Assembly: GCA_046757685.1 (NCBI GenBank)
Contig: JBHHYV010000003.1
Location: forward strand, 2,847 to 66,846
Reading direction: 5' to 3'
Origin: Myxococcota bacterium
GTDB taxonomy: Bacteria > Myxococcota_A > UBA9160 > SZUA-336
Length of the DNA: 64,000 bases
A program made the position numbers and the translations under genes. Below the pieces are notes generated by a model. The model was not told the origin of the DNA, did no database searches, and saw only the letters and a list, made by a program, of their open reading frames with translations. Positions 22,325 through 33,663 of the stretch are shown piece by piece. How positions within the stretch are numbered: the first letter of the stretch is position 1; each line of letters opens with the position of its first letter.

Positions 22325-23137
22325 GTGGAGCCTTCGGCTCCCGCGCTGACCGTCGTCGGGGTCATTCCCGCGCGCTTCGCCTCGAGCCGCTTCCCAGGCA
22401 AGCCCCTGGCCCGGATCGCCGGCAAGCCGATGATCCTGCACGTGGCCGAGCGCGCCGACGCGGCACGCAGGGCCGGGGTCTTCGATCGGCTGCTCATCGC
22501 GACCGACGACGAGAGGATCCGGCGCGTCGTCGAGGCAGCGGGGTTCGAGGTGGCGATGACCTCTCCCGATCACCCGACGGGGACCGATCGGCTGGCGGAG
22601 GTCGCCCAGGGGCTCGACGCCGAGCTGGTCTGCAACATCCAGGGCGACGAGCCGCTGGTCGAGACCGAGACCCTGGCGGCCCTGGTCCGGCCGCTGCTCG
22701 AGGACCCGGCCCTGCCGATGGGATCCCTGAAGACCGAGCTCACGCGCCCGGCCGATCGCTTCGATCGCAACCGTGGCAAGGTCGTCGTCGACGCCCGGGA
22801 CCGGGCGCTGACCTTCACCCGGCTTCCCATCCTCGAGGATGTGGGGGAGGGCGAGACCTACTTCAATCGCGCCCGCGTCGAGGCGGAGCACGCGGCGCGC
22901 GGGCTTCGCGTCTACAGCGATATTGGAGTCTACGCCTACCGGCGAGACTTCCTGCTGCGCTATCCCGCGCTCGAGCGGACGCCCTTCGAGCAGGCGGAGC
23001 AGCTGGAGCAGCTGCGCGCGCTCGAGCATGGCTTCGAGATCTCGGTGCCGACGGTCTCCCATCGCGGCCTCGAGGTCGACACGCCCGAGGACCTGGCCCG
23101 CGTCGAGCGGGAGCTCGCTCGCTCGACGTGCGCGTGA
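22325..23137 (+). CDS. kdsB: 3-deoxy-manno-octulosonate cytidylyltransferase (CMP-KDO synthetase)
   Basis: VGVIPARFASSRFPGKPL...MILHVAERA...NIQGDEPLV; GTG start at 22325. Confidence 0.9.
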   Translation: MEPSAPALTVVGVIPARFASSRFPGKPLARIAGKPMILHVAERADAARRAGVFDRLLIATDDERIRRVVEAAGFEVAMTSPDHPTGTDRLAEVAQGLDAELVCNIQGDEPLVETETLAALVRPLLEDPALPMGSLKTELTRPADRFDRNRGKVVVDARDRALTFTRLPILEDVGEGETYFNRARVEAEHAARGLRVYSDIGVYAYRRDFLLRYPALERTPFEQAEQLEQLRALEHGFEISVPTVSHRGLEVDTPEDLARVERELARSTCA

Positions 23138-23241
23138 GGCGCGCGCCCGAATCCGTGCTCGCGCGAGTCGCTCCGCGCCCCCGGGGCGCGCAGCGGCGGG
23201 CGCCGGGTGCGGATGCCGGCGCAAGGCGGCATCCTCTGCCC

Positions 23242-25295
<2,054 letters not shown>

Positions 25296-25329
25296 TCTCG
25301 CGGAGCCCGCGCGTACACTGGTCGAGTCG

Positions 25330-25404
25330 GGGCGATTAACTCAGCGGCAGAGTGCTACCTTCACACGGTAGAAGTCACTGGTTCAAATCCAGTATCGCCC
25401 ACCA
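25330..25404 (+). tRNA. tRNA-Val (anticodon CAC)
   Basis: A cloverleaf can be drawn. Acceptor GGGCGAT/ATCGCCC, D-arm ACTCAGCGGCAGAGT, anticodon stem CTACC/GGTAG with loop TTCACAC, T-arm ACTGG-TTCAAAT-CCAGT, and an encoded CCA. Confidence 0.85.
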
Positions 25405-25407
25405 TCG

Positions 25408-25485
25408 GGCCCAGTAGCTCAGTCTGGATAGAGCACTTGCCTCCGGAGCAAGGGGTCGCAGGTTCGAATCCTGCCTGGGTCACCA
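25408..25485 (+). tRNA. tRNA-Arg (anticodon CCG)
   Basis: Acceptor GGCCCAG/CTGGGTC, D-arm GCTCAGTCTGGATAGAGC, anticodon stem CTTGC/GCAAG with loop CTCCGGA, T-arm GCAGG-TTCGAAT-CCTGC, and an encoded CCA. Confidence 0.85.
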
Positions 25486-26887
25486 CTCTTCCTCGGCGGC
25501 GCGGCGCGGCAGGCGGCTCGTCGATCGTCCTCCGTCGTCTCCCGGCTCCGTCGGGGTCGCCCTTCCGGTCGGTGGCCCGTCGCGGCGTAGCTCGATCAGG
25601 AACCGCGCGCCGCGTCCCGGCCAGCTGTCGACGCAGATCCCGCCACCGTGCTGGCGAAGGATCTCGGCGGAGACCGCGAGGCCCAGGCCGGTTCCCTGCC
25701 CGATGGCCTTGGTCGTGAAGAAGGGATCGAAGATCTGGGGCAGATGGTCCTCCGAGATTCCCTCGCCGTCGTCTTCGACCGCGATGTGGACACGGTCCCC
25801 CGAATCGTGGGTCGAGATGCGGATCCGACCGGGAGGGCGGATCGCCTGACCGGCATTCACGAGCAGGTTCATCACGACCTGGGCGATCTGCATGGGATGG
25901 CAGCGGACGCGTGGCAGGGCCTGGAGATCGAGCTCCACCTCGGCTCGCCCCCGGAGGTGGTGGGCGACGAGCGTGAGGCAGTTGCGCACGACGTTGTTCA
26001 GATCTGCCCACTCGAGCGTTTCCCGACCCGGCCCGCCGTGCGAGAACTCCCGGAGCGCCTGGACGATCTCCACGACGCGTGCGACGCCCTCGCGCGACTC
26101 CTCGGCGATCGCCTCCAGCTCGCCGACCAGGTCGTGGAGCTCCTCCGCATGGCTCGCGCGCGATCCGCTGTCGCGACCGATCAGGTCGACGAGGCGCTTG
26201 GAGTACTCGAGCATTCGGTTCACGTTGCTGGCGACGTAGCCCATCGGGTTGTTGATCTCGTGCGCCACACCGGCGGCAAGCTGGCCGATGGCCGCCTCCT
26301 TGTCGGTGCGGCGGATCTGCTCGGAGATGAGCGCGGAGCGCTGCTCGAGCGCCTTGCTCTCCTTCAGGTCCCGGACGATCCCCAGCACGGCGGACTCGCT
26401 GCCGAACCGCACCAGGGATGCGCTGAGCTCGACGCTGCAGGGGCCGCCACCGCCCGCCAGCAGGGGGACCTCGGCAAGCCGGAGCCTGCCGACCCGCGTC
26501 ACCCCGCGCAGCGCCCGGACCGAGTTCTCGCGCTCGGTGAGGGGAAAGAGCGTCTCGAGGGGGCTCCCGACGAGATCGCGCGGACGCAGCCCGAGGAGCT
26601 CTGCGACCCGAGCGTTGGCCTCCAGGATGCGGAGCGTCGTCGGGTCCCAGAGCAGGATCCCCAGATTGGCCTGACCGAGCAGCGCGTGGTACTTGCGCTC
26701 CGCGCGGCGCAGCAGCGCCGTGCGCTCGCGAAGCACGGTCCCCAGGCTCCGTGTGGTCTCGGCGAGCTCCGCGGCCGCGCTCCGGGCGCTGCGGAGCCGT
26801 AGACCCAGTGCCAGCGAGACCCCGAACGCCGCCAGGAACAGGACTGCGAGAGCGAGCGTCCCGGCGCCTGCCGGATCGAGCGTCACT
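25480..26887 (-). CDS. Sensor histidine kinase: one TM helix, PAS, HisKA and HATPase_c
   Basis: H-box AAGVAHEINNPMGY, N-box QVVMNLLVNAGQA, G-boxes DDGEGI / GQGTGLGLAVS. A GTG start overlaps the stop of the upstream binding-protein gene. The longer 949-aa ORF in the track is a read-through artefact. Confidence 0.85.
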
Positions 26888-27959
26888 GGACCGACTCGAG
26901 CGGGTAGCCGGGGAGCGAGCGCAGCACGACCGAGATGCGCTTCGCGGTGCGCGGGTTGTAGACGACTCGAGTGTCCCTCGGGACCGAGATCGGAAGGCTG
27001 GCGACGGAAGCCCCGGCCAGGACCCGCCGGACCAGGGCCGCCGCCTGGCGCCCGTTCTCGTCGTAGCGGGGCTGCACCGCGAGCAGGGCCCCGGCGCGGA
27101 CGTAACGGATCGAGAGCCCCATGAAGGGCAGCTGGCGATCGAGGGTGTAGAGCAGGATCCTCTCGACCGCGCTGGGCGACAGGACCGTGCGGTCCGCCAC
27201 GGACCAGAGCGCGTCCAGGTGATGCAGCCTCTCGAGCGCCCGATCGAGCTCCCGGGGATCGTGCACCTCGATCGGGTGGAGCTCGACTCCCGCGAGTCGA
27301 GCGGCGTTCGCGGCGTCGCGCACCACGACGCCGGTCTCGTCGGGGTTGTAGAGCACGCCGATGCGGCGCGCTCCGAGCAGGGTCTTGAGGATCTCGAACT
27401 GGTCCCGGGGCGAGACGTCGAGGGACGCCCCGGAGATCCGCCCTCCCGGAGAGCCCATCGAGTCGATGAGCCCGCCCGAGACCGGGTTGAGGACCATCGC
27501 GAAGAGGATCGGGATGTCGCGCGTGTGATCCCGGGCCCAGATGGTCGCCTGCGTGCCGAGGGGGACCAGGACCTTTGCGCGCAGCGCCTCGATGCGCGCA
27601 CCGGCGCTCGGGTCGTTTCGATCCACGTCTTCGACTCTCAGCTCGACCGAGTCGCCCAGCTCCTTCCGGAGCGCATCCAGGGCCACCTGGTAGGGCTCCG
27701 CTCGTGCGGTCCGGATCGCGACGACCCGCGCCTTGGGCTCGACGCGCGTGGCCCCGATCAGCGGCGCAATCAGGACGGCCAGGGCCAGGAGCGCCCCGGC
27801 GCGCCCCGCCTGGTGGGCCACGGGCTCTCCAGGCTCCAGAATCGGGGCGGGGGCCCGGAGCGTTCGACGGACGGCGGAGGCGGTGCGCGGCAGGCGGTAG
27901 CGGCATCGCAAATGCGCAACCGTCATCCGCATGCTCCGGTCCCTCCTGGGCACGCGCAC
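26883..27959 (-). CDS. Periplasmic ABC-type substrate-binding-like protein (ABC_sub_bind family) encoded with the kinase
   Basis: Signal peptide (ALLALAVLIAPLIGA), then GVLYNPDETG and PFMGLSIRYVRAGALLAV segments typical of the family. The start codon is uncertain; internal Met codons are possible. Confidence 0.7.
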   Translation of the reverse strand: MRVPRRDRSMRMTVAHLRCRYRLPRTASAVRRTLRAPAPILEPGEPVAHQAGRAGALLALAVLIAPLIGATRVEPKARVVAIRTARAEPYQVALDALRKELGDSVELRVEDVDRNDPSAGARIEALRAKVLVPLGTQATIWARDHTRDIPILFAMVLNPVSGGLIDSMGSPGGRISGASLDVSPRDQFEILKTLLGARRIGVLYNPDETGVVVRDAANAARLAGVELHPIEVHDPRELDRALERLHHLDALWSVADRTVLSPSAVERILLYTLDRQLPFMGLSIRYVRAGALLAVQPRYDENGRQAAALVRRVLAGASVASLPISVPRDTRVVYNPRTAKRISVVLRSLPGYPLESVQ

Positions 27960-28086
27960 TGCGCCCCTTCCGGCTCATCGGGTGGCCGGGGCATGAGTCT
28001 GTAGTGCGGCCCGCATGGCTCGCGTGGGGGCGACGGCGGTCCAGTCGGCTAGACTTGCCGCCGATACGCCCACCGGGAGGAGCCCC

Positions 28087-28386
28087 ATGCGAGTTTGCAC
28101 TGCCCTCGTGCTCTGTGCGCTCTGGCTCGGAGCGACTCCCGCCGCACTGGCCGCGAGCCGATACGATCCCGAGCGCGCGGGACACCCGCTGCGGATCGCC
28201 GCCTATGCCCTGCACCCGGTCGGGGTGATCCTGGATCGCTTGGTGTTCCGCCCCGCCTGGCAGCTCGGTCAGCACGAGCCCCTGCGTACGCTCTTCGGCG
28301 TGGTCCCGGATCGCGAGTCCGTCCAGCACGCTCCCCAGGTCGCGCCGCCGCAGAGCTCGGGCCCACCCCCCCGCGAGAAGCCGTAG
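28087..28386 (+). CDS. Hypothetical small secreted protein (about 99 aa) directly upstream of lptC
   Basis: N-terminal signal peptide MRVCTALVLCALWLGATPAALAAS; I did not recognise any conserved domain. Confidence 0.4.
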   Translation: MRVCTALVLCALWLGATPAALAASRYDPERAGHPLRIAAYALHPVGVILDRLVFRPAWQLGQHEPLRTLFGVVPDRESVQHAPQVAPPQSSGPPPREKP

Positions 28387-28454
28387 CGATCGCGCAGCGC
28401 CCTGTTCCCAGGCATCCCGGCAGCCGCGAATGGCGGCGGCGGCGGACTCCGGGT

Positions 28455-29006
28455 ATGCTGTTCGCGGGTATGATTCTTGCTAGCTATTTTCGATGGCCGC
28501 TGTCTGCGAGCGTGCTCGCATGCCTGTTGGCCGCGCCCCTCGCCCTCGAGGCGCGCGCGCGCTCCGCGGATGCGCAGATCCCCCCGACCAGGCTGCGGGG
28601 CGTCGTCTTCGAGGGACTGGGTGCCGGGCGGCAGCAATTCGACGTGCGGGCGGCGCACGCCGAGGTCGACTGGGCTCTTCGCGTCGCGACGCTCCAGTCG
28701 GTGGCGATCGAGCTTCCCGAGAGCGAGCGCGGCAGCGTCCACGTCCGCGGAGATGTTGGCCGCTTCGATCTGGTCACCGAGAACTTCGAGCTCGAGGGAC
28801 ACGTCGAGGGAACGACCTCTCGAGGGGAGCACTTCTTCATGAAGCGGTTGCGCTACCACCAGGGACGCAACGTGCTCCTGGGGGACGGAGCGGTGCGGGT
28901 CGAGAGAGGCCCGACCGTGTTCGAGGGGAGCGGGCTCGAGATCGATCTCGAGACGCACCGGGTGCAGTTCACGGGCGCCGTTCGGGCTAGGGTCGTCCCC
29001 CGATGA
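28455..29006 (+). CDS. lptC: LPS export system protein LptC
   Basis: Single N-terminal TM then an OstA-like beta-jellyroll region; position immediately before lptA-lptB. Confidence 0.7.
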   Translation: MLFAGMILASYFRWPLSASVLACLLAAPLALEARARSADAQIPPTRLRGVVFEGLGAGRQQFDVRAAHAEVDWALRVATLQSVAIELPESERGSVHVRGDVGRFDLVTENFELEGHVEGTTSRGEHFFMKRLRYHQGRNVLLGDGAVRVERGPTVFEGSGLEIDLETHRVQFTGAVRARVVPR

Positions 29007-29545
29007 GGCGCCTCTTCGCGATCGGGCTCTGGCTGCTGGGGACCGGGGCCGCGCTCGCGCAGGCGCCGGAGCCGGCCGTCCCGCCGGAGCGGTCCGTCCC
29101 AGCGGAGCCGCCGGTCCCGACGGGCATTCGCATCGATCGCCGGGCGCCGATGGACATCCGGGCCGATCAGCTCGAAGCGGTTCGCGATCCGGACGGGCGC
29201 GAGCGCGTGATCTTCGAGCAGAATGTGACCGTCCGGCAGGAGGACCTCCGAATCGGCTGCGATCGGCTGGAGGCGGTCTACCCGAAGGAGAGCGGCGGCG
29301 GCCCCGAGCGGCTGCGCTGCAGCGGTTCGGTCCGGATCGTCCAGGGGGATCTTCGCGCGGAGTGCCAGGAGGCGATCTTCGACCGCTTGCGCTCCCAGGC
29401 GGTCTGCCGGGGACATCCCGCTCGCGTTCACCGCGGCGAGAATGTCGTGGAGGGTCCACACATTCTCTTCGATACCGCGAGAGGCGTCATGAAGGTGAAG
29501 GGTGGAGTGCGCATCGAGATCCGCCCCGCGGAGGAGGCCGAGTGA
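29003..29545 (+). CDS. lptA: LPS transport periplasmic protein LptA
   Basis: Signal peptide plus OstA-like domain ([39 protein letters not shown]); overlaps lptC and lptB. Confidence 0.8.
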   Translation: MRRLFAIGLWLLGTGAALAQAPEPAVPPERSVPAEPPVPTGIRIDRRAPMDIRADQLEAVRDPDGRERVIFEQNVTVRQEDLRIGCDRLEAVYPKESGGGPERLRCSGSVRIVQGDLRAECQEAIFDRLRSQAVCRGHPARVHRGENVVEGPHILFDTARGVMKVKGGVRIEIRPAEEAE

Positions 29546-30273
29546 CCGGCACCACGCTTCATGCCTCGGAGCTCTGCAAGCGCTATGGACAGAAGGAGGC
29601 GGTCCACGACGTGCATCTGGCGGTCTCGCCCGGCGAGATCGTGGGTCTTCTCGGCCCGAACGGTGCGGGCAAGACGACGACCTTCAACATGGTGGTCGGG
29701 AGAATCCGACCCACGCGAGGCCGGGTCTTCCTGGGCGATGAAGAAATCACCGAGCTGCCGATGTATCGAAGGGCGCGGCGGGGCATCACCTACCTGCCGC
29801 AGGAGCCCTCGATCTTCCGGAAGCTGACTGTCGCGGAGAACATCCTGGCCATCCTCGAGACGCAGAGACTGACGCGGAGCCAGCGCAAGGACCGTCTGCG
29901 CGAGCTCCTCGACGAGCTCGACCTGGCGGACAAGGCGCGTCAGAGAGGGTCGACGCTCTCGGGAGGGGAGCGGAGGCGCGTCGAGATCACCCGCGCGCTC
30001 GTGCTGAACCCGAGCTTCATCCTCCTCGACGAGCCCTTCAGTGGCATCGACCCGATCGCGGTCATGGACATCCAGAAGATCATCCGTCGCCTGCGTGAGC
30101 GAGGCATCGGAATCGTGATCACCGATCACAATGTCCGCGACACCCTCTCGGTCTGCGATCGCGCCTACATCATCAAGGACGGCCGGATCATCCGAGAGGG
30201 CACGCCCTCGGAGATCGCTGGCGATGCCACGGTGCGCGAGATCTACCTGGGTCACAACTTCAGGCTGGACTGA
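29542..30273 (+). CDS. lptB: LPS export ABC transporter ATP-binding protein LptB
   Basis: Walker [13 protein letters not shown] signature [11 protein letters not shown], Walker [12 protein letters not shown]; GTG start. Confidence 0.95.
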   Translation: MTGTTLHASELCKRYGQKEAVHDVHLAVSPGEIVGLLGPNGAGKTTTFNMVVGRIRPTRGRVFLGDEEITELPMYRRARRGITYLPQEPSIFRKLTVAENILAILETQRLTRSQRKDRLRELLDELDLADKARQRGSTLSGGERRRVEITRALVLNPSFILLDEPFSGIDPIAVMDIQKIIRRLRERGIGIVITDHNVRDTLSVCDRAYIIKDGRIIREGTPSEIAGDATVREIYLGHNFRLD

Positions 30274-30274
30274 G

Positions 30275-31762
30275 ATGGCGCTGGAGCTCAAACAGACGCT
30301 GAGGCTCTCGCAGCAGCTGGTCATGACCCCCCAGCTCCAGCAGGCGATCAAGCTGCTCCAGCTCTCGCGCCTCGAGCTCGAGAACGTGATCCAGCAGGAG
30401 CTCGTCGAGAATCCCGTCCTGGAGGAAGCTGCGCAGGAGGACGACGGGGACGGCGCCACGCTCGAAGAGGTGGACTCCAGCCCCGACCCCCTCGAGTCGC
30501 TCGAGGCCGAGGCCGAGCGAGCGGCGGCCGAGCAGGCCCTGGCGAGCGGAGAGGGAGAGGCCCCCGAGCCGACGGCCGAAGACCTCGTCGGGGACGTCGA
30601 CTGGGAGAGCTACATGGAGTCCCGGCCCCAGACGAGCCTCTCCCACGCCGACGAGCGGCCGCCGATCGAGGACCACACGGCTCCCCGGGAGTCGCTGGCG
30701 GAGCACCTGACCTGGCAGCTGGGATTCGCGGAGCTCGAGCCCCGCGAGAAAGCCCTGGGGCTCGAGATCATCGGCAACCTGAACGCCAACGGCTATCTCG
30801 AGGAGGATCTGGAGACGCTCGCGGAGAGCGCCGGGCTCGACCTCGAATGTGCCGAGAAGGTGCTGCAGCGAGTCCAGCGCTTCGACCCGGTGGGCGTCGC
30901 GGCGCGGTCCCTGTCCGAGTGTCTCCTGATCCAGTGCCGGGTCTCCCGCATTGATGACCCGCTCGTGATCGCCATTCTCGAGCGTCATCTCGATCGGCTG
31001 CAGCGCAAGGACTATCGGGGAGTCGCTCGCGCCGAGGAGGTCGAGGTCGATGACGTCGTGGTGGCGGCTGCAGTGATCGCCCAGCTCGAGCCGCGGCCGG
31101 GGCGGGCCTACGCGGACGAGGAGCCGATCTACATCACCCCGGACATCTACGTCCACAAGCTGGGGGACGAGTACCACGTGGTGCTCAACGAGGACGGCAT
31201 GTCCAAGCTGAGGATCTCCTCGACCTACCGCAAGGTCCTCCGGCGAGACAGTGGTGCCTCGAAGGAGACACGCACCTACGTTCGCGACAAGCTCCGCGGC
31301 GCAGTGTGGCTGATCAAGTCGATTCACCAGCGGCAGCGAACGATCGTGAAGGTCATGAAGTCGATCCTTCGCTTTCAGCGGGGGTTCTTCGATCACGGCA
31401 GTGAGCACCTGCGGCCGCTGAACCTCCGCGACGTGGCCGAAGACATCGGAATGCACGAGTCGACGGTCAGTCGCGTGACCACCGCGAAGTACGTGCAGAC
31501 GCCCCACGGGATCTTCGAGCTGAAGTACTTCTTCAACTCGAGCATCAAGACCGCGGATGGCGATGGAATCGCCTCGGAGTCGGTGAAGGAGAAGATCCGC
31601 GAGCTCATTCGCCAGGAGGATGCGTCGAAGCCCCTCTCCGACCAGCGGATCGCCGAGGTGTTGGCGCTGCACTCCAACATCCGGATCGCGCGCCGGACGG
31701 TGACCAAGTACCGCGAGGCGATGCGAATCCTGGCTTCGACACGCCGACGAAAGATCGGCTAG
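30275..31762 (+). CDS. rpoN: RNA polymerase sigma-54 factor
   Basis: N-terminal MALELKQTLRLSQQLVMTPQLQQAIKLLQLS, HTH and RpoN box ARRTVTKYRE. Confidence 0.95.
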   Translation: MALELKQTLRLSQQLVMTPQLQQAIKLLQLSRLELENVIQQELVENPVLEEAAQEDDGDGATLEEVDSSPDPLESLEAEAERAAAEQALASGEGEAPEPTAEDLVGDVDWESYMESRPQTSLSHADERPPIEDHTAPRESLAEHLTWQLGFAELEPREKALGLEIIGNLNANGYLEEDLETLAESAGLDLECAEKVLQRVQRFDPVGVAARSLSECLLIQCRVSRIDDPLVIAILERHLDRLQRKDYRGVARAEEVEVDDVVVAAAVIAQLEPRPGRAYADEEPIYITPDIYVHKLGDEYHVVLNEDGMSKLRISSTYRKVLRRDSGASKETRTYVRDKLRGAVWLIKSIHQRQRTIVKVMKSILRFQRGFFDHGSEHLRPLNLRDVAEDIGMHESTVSRVTTAKYVQTPHGIFELKYFFNSSIKTADGDGIASESVKEKIRELIRQEDASKPLSDQRIAEVLALHSNIRIARRTVTKYREAMRILASTRRRKIG

Positions 31763-31851
31763 ACTCCGCCCTCCACCAGACCCCTCGGAGGCCGCCGCTC
31801 TGGGGGATCCGGACGACGGCACGAGCCGAACGGCTTCAGGGCGATCACTCG

Positions 31852-32316
31852 ATGAAGCTCACCGACATTCTCATCCCAGAGGCCTGCGTGATCAACATGC
31901 AGGCGCGAACCAAGAAGGAGGCGCTGCGAGATCTCGCGGAGAAGCTCGCGGCATCCCATCCCGACCTCGACGCGCGCGAGCTGCTCTCCCAGCTCCTCGA
32001 GCGCGAGAACCTGGGAACGACCGCGATGGGAGACGGGATCGCCATTCCCCACGCGCGTCTCGAGTCTCTCGACCGGCTGCTGGTCGGCTGCGGGATCTGC
32101 CCTTCCGGGATCGACTTCGGCTCCCTGGATGGGAAGCCGACGCGCCTCTTCTTTCTGCTGGTCGCACCGGGGCGCGAGGGGAGCGCCCATCTGCTCACCC
32201 TCGCGCGGCTCTCGCGCCTGCTCTCGCGTCCGGACTTCCGGGGACGCCTGCTCGAGGTTTCCAGCGTCGAAGAGCTCTTCGCAGCCTTCGAGGAGCAGGA
32301 AGCCTCCGAAGGCTGA
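31852..32316 (+). CDS. ptsN: PTS IIA-like nitrogen-regulatory protein PtsN (EIIA-Ntr)
   Basis: GDGIAIPHARLE active-site His region; 154 aa; position after rpoN. Confidence 0.85.
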   Translation: MKLTDILIPEACVINMQARTKKEALRDLAEKLAASHPDLDARELLSQLLERENLGTTAMGDGIAIPHARLESLDRLLVGCGICPSGIDFGSLDGKPTRLFFLLVAPGREGSAHLLTLARLSRLLSRPDFRGRLLEVSSVEELFAAFEEQEASEG

Positions 32317-32322
32317 CGGGCC

Positions 32323-32862
32323 GTGTCCGAGCTCTCGACCCCGCCGATTCACGGCACCCTGGTACAGGTCGCGGGGCTGGGCCTGTTGTTGATCGGCCGG
32401 AGCGGGATCGGCAAGAGCGAGTGTGCGCTCGAGCTGATCATGCGCGGGCACAAGCTGGTGGCGGACGACGTCATCCAGGTCTCGCGCAGCCCGCAGGGAT
32501 CGCTGGAGGGCCGAGGCCCCGAGTTGGTGCGCCACTACCTCGAGCTTCGGGGCATCGGCATCGTGCACGTGCCGAGCCTCTTCGGGACCGACGCGGTCAT
32601 CGACGAGGCGACGATCGACCTGCTGATCCGCCTCGAGGGGTGGCGTGACGGACCCGTGGAGCGGCTGGGTCTCGATCGGCCGACCGAGGAGGTCGGAGGG
32701 GTGTGCATCGACGTGCTGCGGCTCCCGGTGGCGCCTGGACGCAACGTCGCCTCCCTGGTCGAGGTCGCCGCCCGGAATCTACGCCTGAAGCGCGCGGGGC
32801 AGAGCGCGGCCGAGGAGCTGGACGGGCGCGTGGCCGAGCGCCTCCGCAGGACGCGCGAGTGA
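32323..32862 (+). CDS. hprK: HPr kinase/phosphorylase, short form with the C-terminal catalytic domain only
   Basis: P-loop GRSGIGKSE and the LELRGIGI segment; 179 aa, so the N-terminal domain is absent. Confidence 0.8.
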   Translation: MSELSTPPIHGTLVQVAGLGLLLIGRSGIGKSECALELIMRGHKLVADDVIQVSRSPQGSLEGRGPELVRHYLELRGIGIVHVPSLFGTDAVIDEATIDLLIRLEGWRDGPVERLGLDRPTEEVGGVCIDVLRLPVAPGRNVASLVEVAARNLRLKRAGQSAAEELDGRVAERLRRTRE

Positions 32863-32944
32863 TGGGGCTGGCTCGACCGAGCGCAGGCCGTACCTTCCTG
32901 GCGAGCCTCGGAGTGCTGCCTTCCGGGGGGAGGAGGCCCGGGAC

Positions 32945-33391
32945 GTGACTGGGGTCGTCATCGTCACCCACTATCGGCTGGCGGAGGAGTTCCTGCAGGC
33001 GGTCCAACTGATCGTCGGCGAGCTGCCCCACTTCGGGGCGATCGGGCTCGATCCCTCCGAGTCGCCCGAGGCCATGCGCGCCCGTATCGAGAAGACGATT
33101 CGCGAGGCCGAGCAGGGAGACGGCGTGCTGGTGCTCGTCGACATGTTCGGAGGCACCCCGTCGAATCTCTGCCTGTCGTTCCTCGAGGAGGACCGGATCG
33201 AGGTCGTGACGGGACTCAATCTCCCGATGCTGGTCAAGGTCGCCCGGCTGCGCGAGGGTCAGCCGCTGCGCGCGGTGGCGGAGCTCGCGCGCGACTCCGG
33301 CCAGCGCAACATCTCGGTGGCCAGCGAGGTGCTGGCGGGTCGGAGCCCGGGACGCATGCCCCCACCGGCGTCCCCGGAGAGCGACGGGTGA
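32945..33391 (+). CDS. PTS EIIA component of the mannose/fructose family (EIIA-Man-like)
   Basis: GVVIVTHYRLAEEFL with the phosphorylatable His near residue 9, and DMFGGTP. Confidence 0.75.
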   Translation: MTGVVIVTHYRLAEEFLQAVQLIVGELPHFGAIGLDPSESPEAMRARIEKTIREAEQGDGVLVLVDMFGGTPSNLCLSFLEEDRIEVVTGLNLPMLVKVARLREGQPLRAVAELARDSGQRNISVASEVLAGRSPGRMPPPASPESDG

Positions 33392-33663
33392 GCCGTGTAG
33401 AGCGCGATTGTCGGATCGAGAACGAGCTGGGCCTGCACCTGCGGGCCGCGGCGGCCTTCGTCAAGGTCGCGGAGAGCTTCGAGAGCGAGGTCACCCTCTC
33501 GCGTGACGGGCAGTGCGCCAACGGCAAGAGCATCATCGCGCTGGTGACGCTGGCCGCGGCGCAGGGCACCACGGTTCAGGTCTGTGCCGACGGACCCGAC
33601 GCCTCCGATGCAGTGTCGACGCTCTGCGAGCTCGTTCGAGGTCGATTCGGGGAGCCGACATGA
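33388..33663 (+). CDS. ptsH: Phosphocarrier protein HPr / NPr
   Basis: 91 aa; GLHLRAAAAF (His15 region) and NGKSIIAL (Ser46 region). Confidence 0.8.
   Translation: MSRVERDCRIENELGLHLRAAAAFVKVAESFESEVTLSRDGQCANGKSIIALVTLAAAQGTTVQVCADGPDASDAVSTLCELVRGRFGEPT

Noticed and set aside
22326-22341. Perfect GGAGCC-TTC-GGCTCC hairpin just after rpsI, overlapping the first codons of kdsB
   Set aside because: There is no U-tract, so it is not an intrinsic terminator. Six-bp GC hairpins occur by chance at this GC content; it may modulate kdsB translation initiation, but there is no supporting evidence.
25480-28329. 949-aa minus-strand ORF spanning both the kinase and the binding-protein region
   Set aside because: Only the C-terminal 469 aa (from the GTG at 26887) encode the kinase. 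The N-terminal half is an out-of-frame read-through of the binding-protein gene, which is in a different frame (26883..27959).
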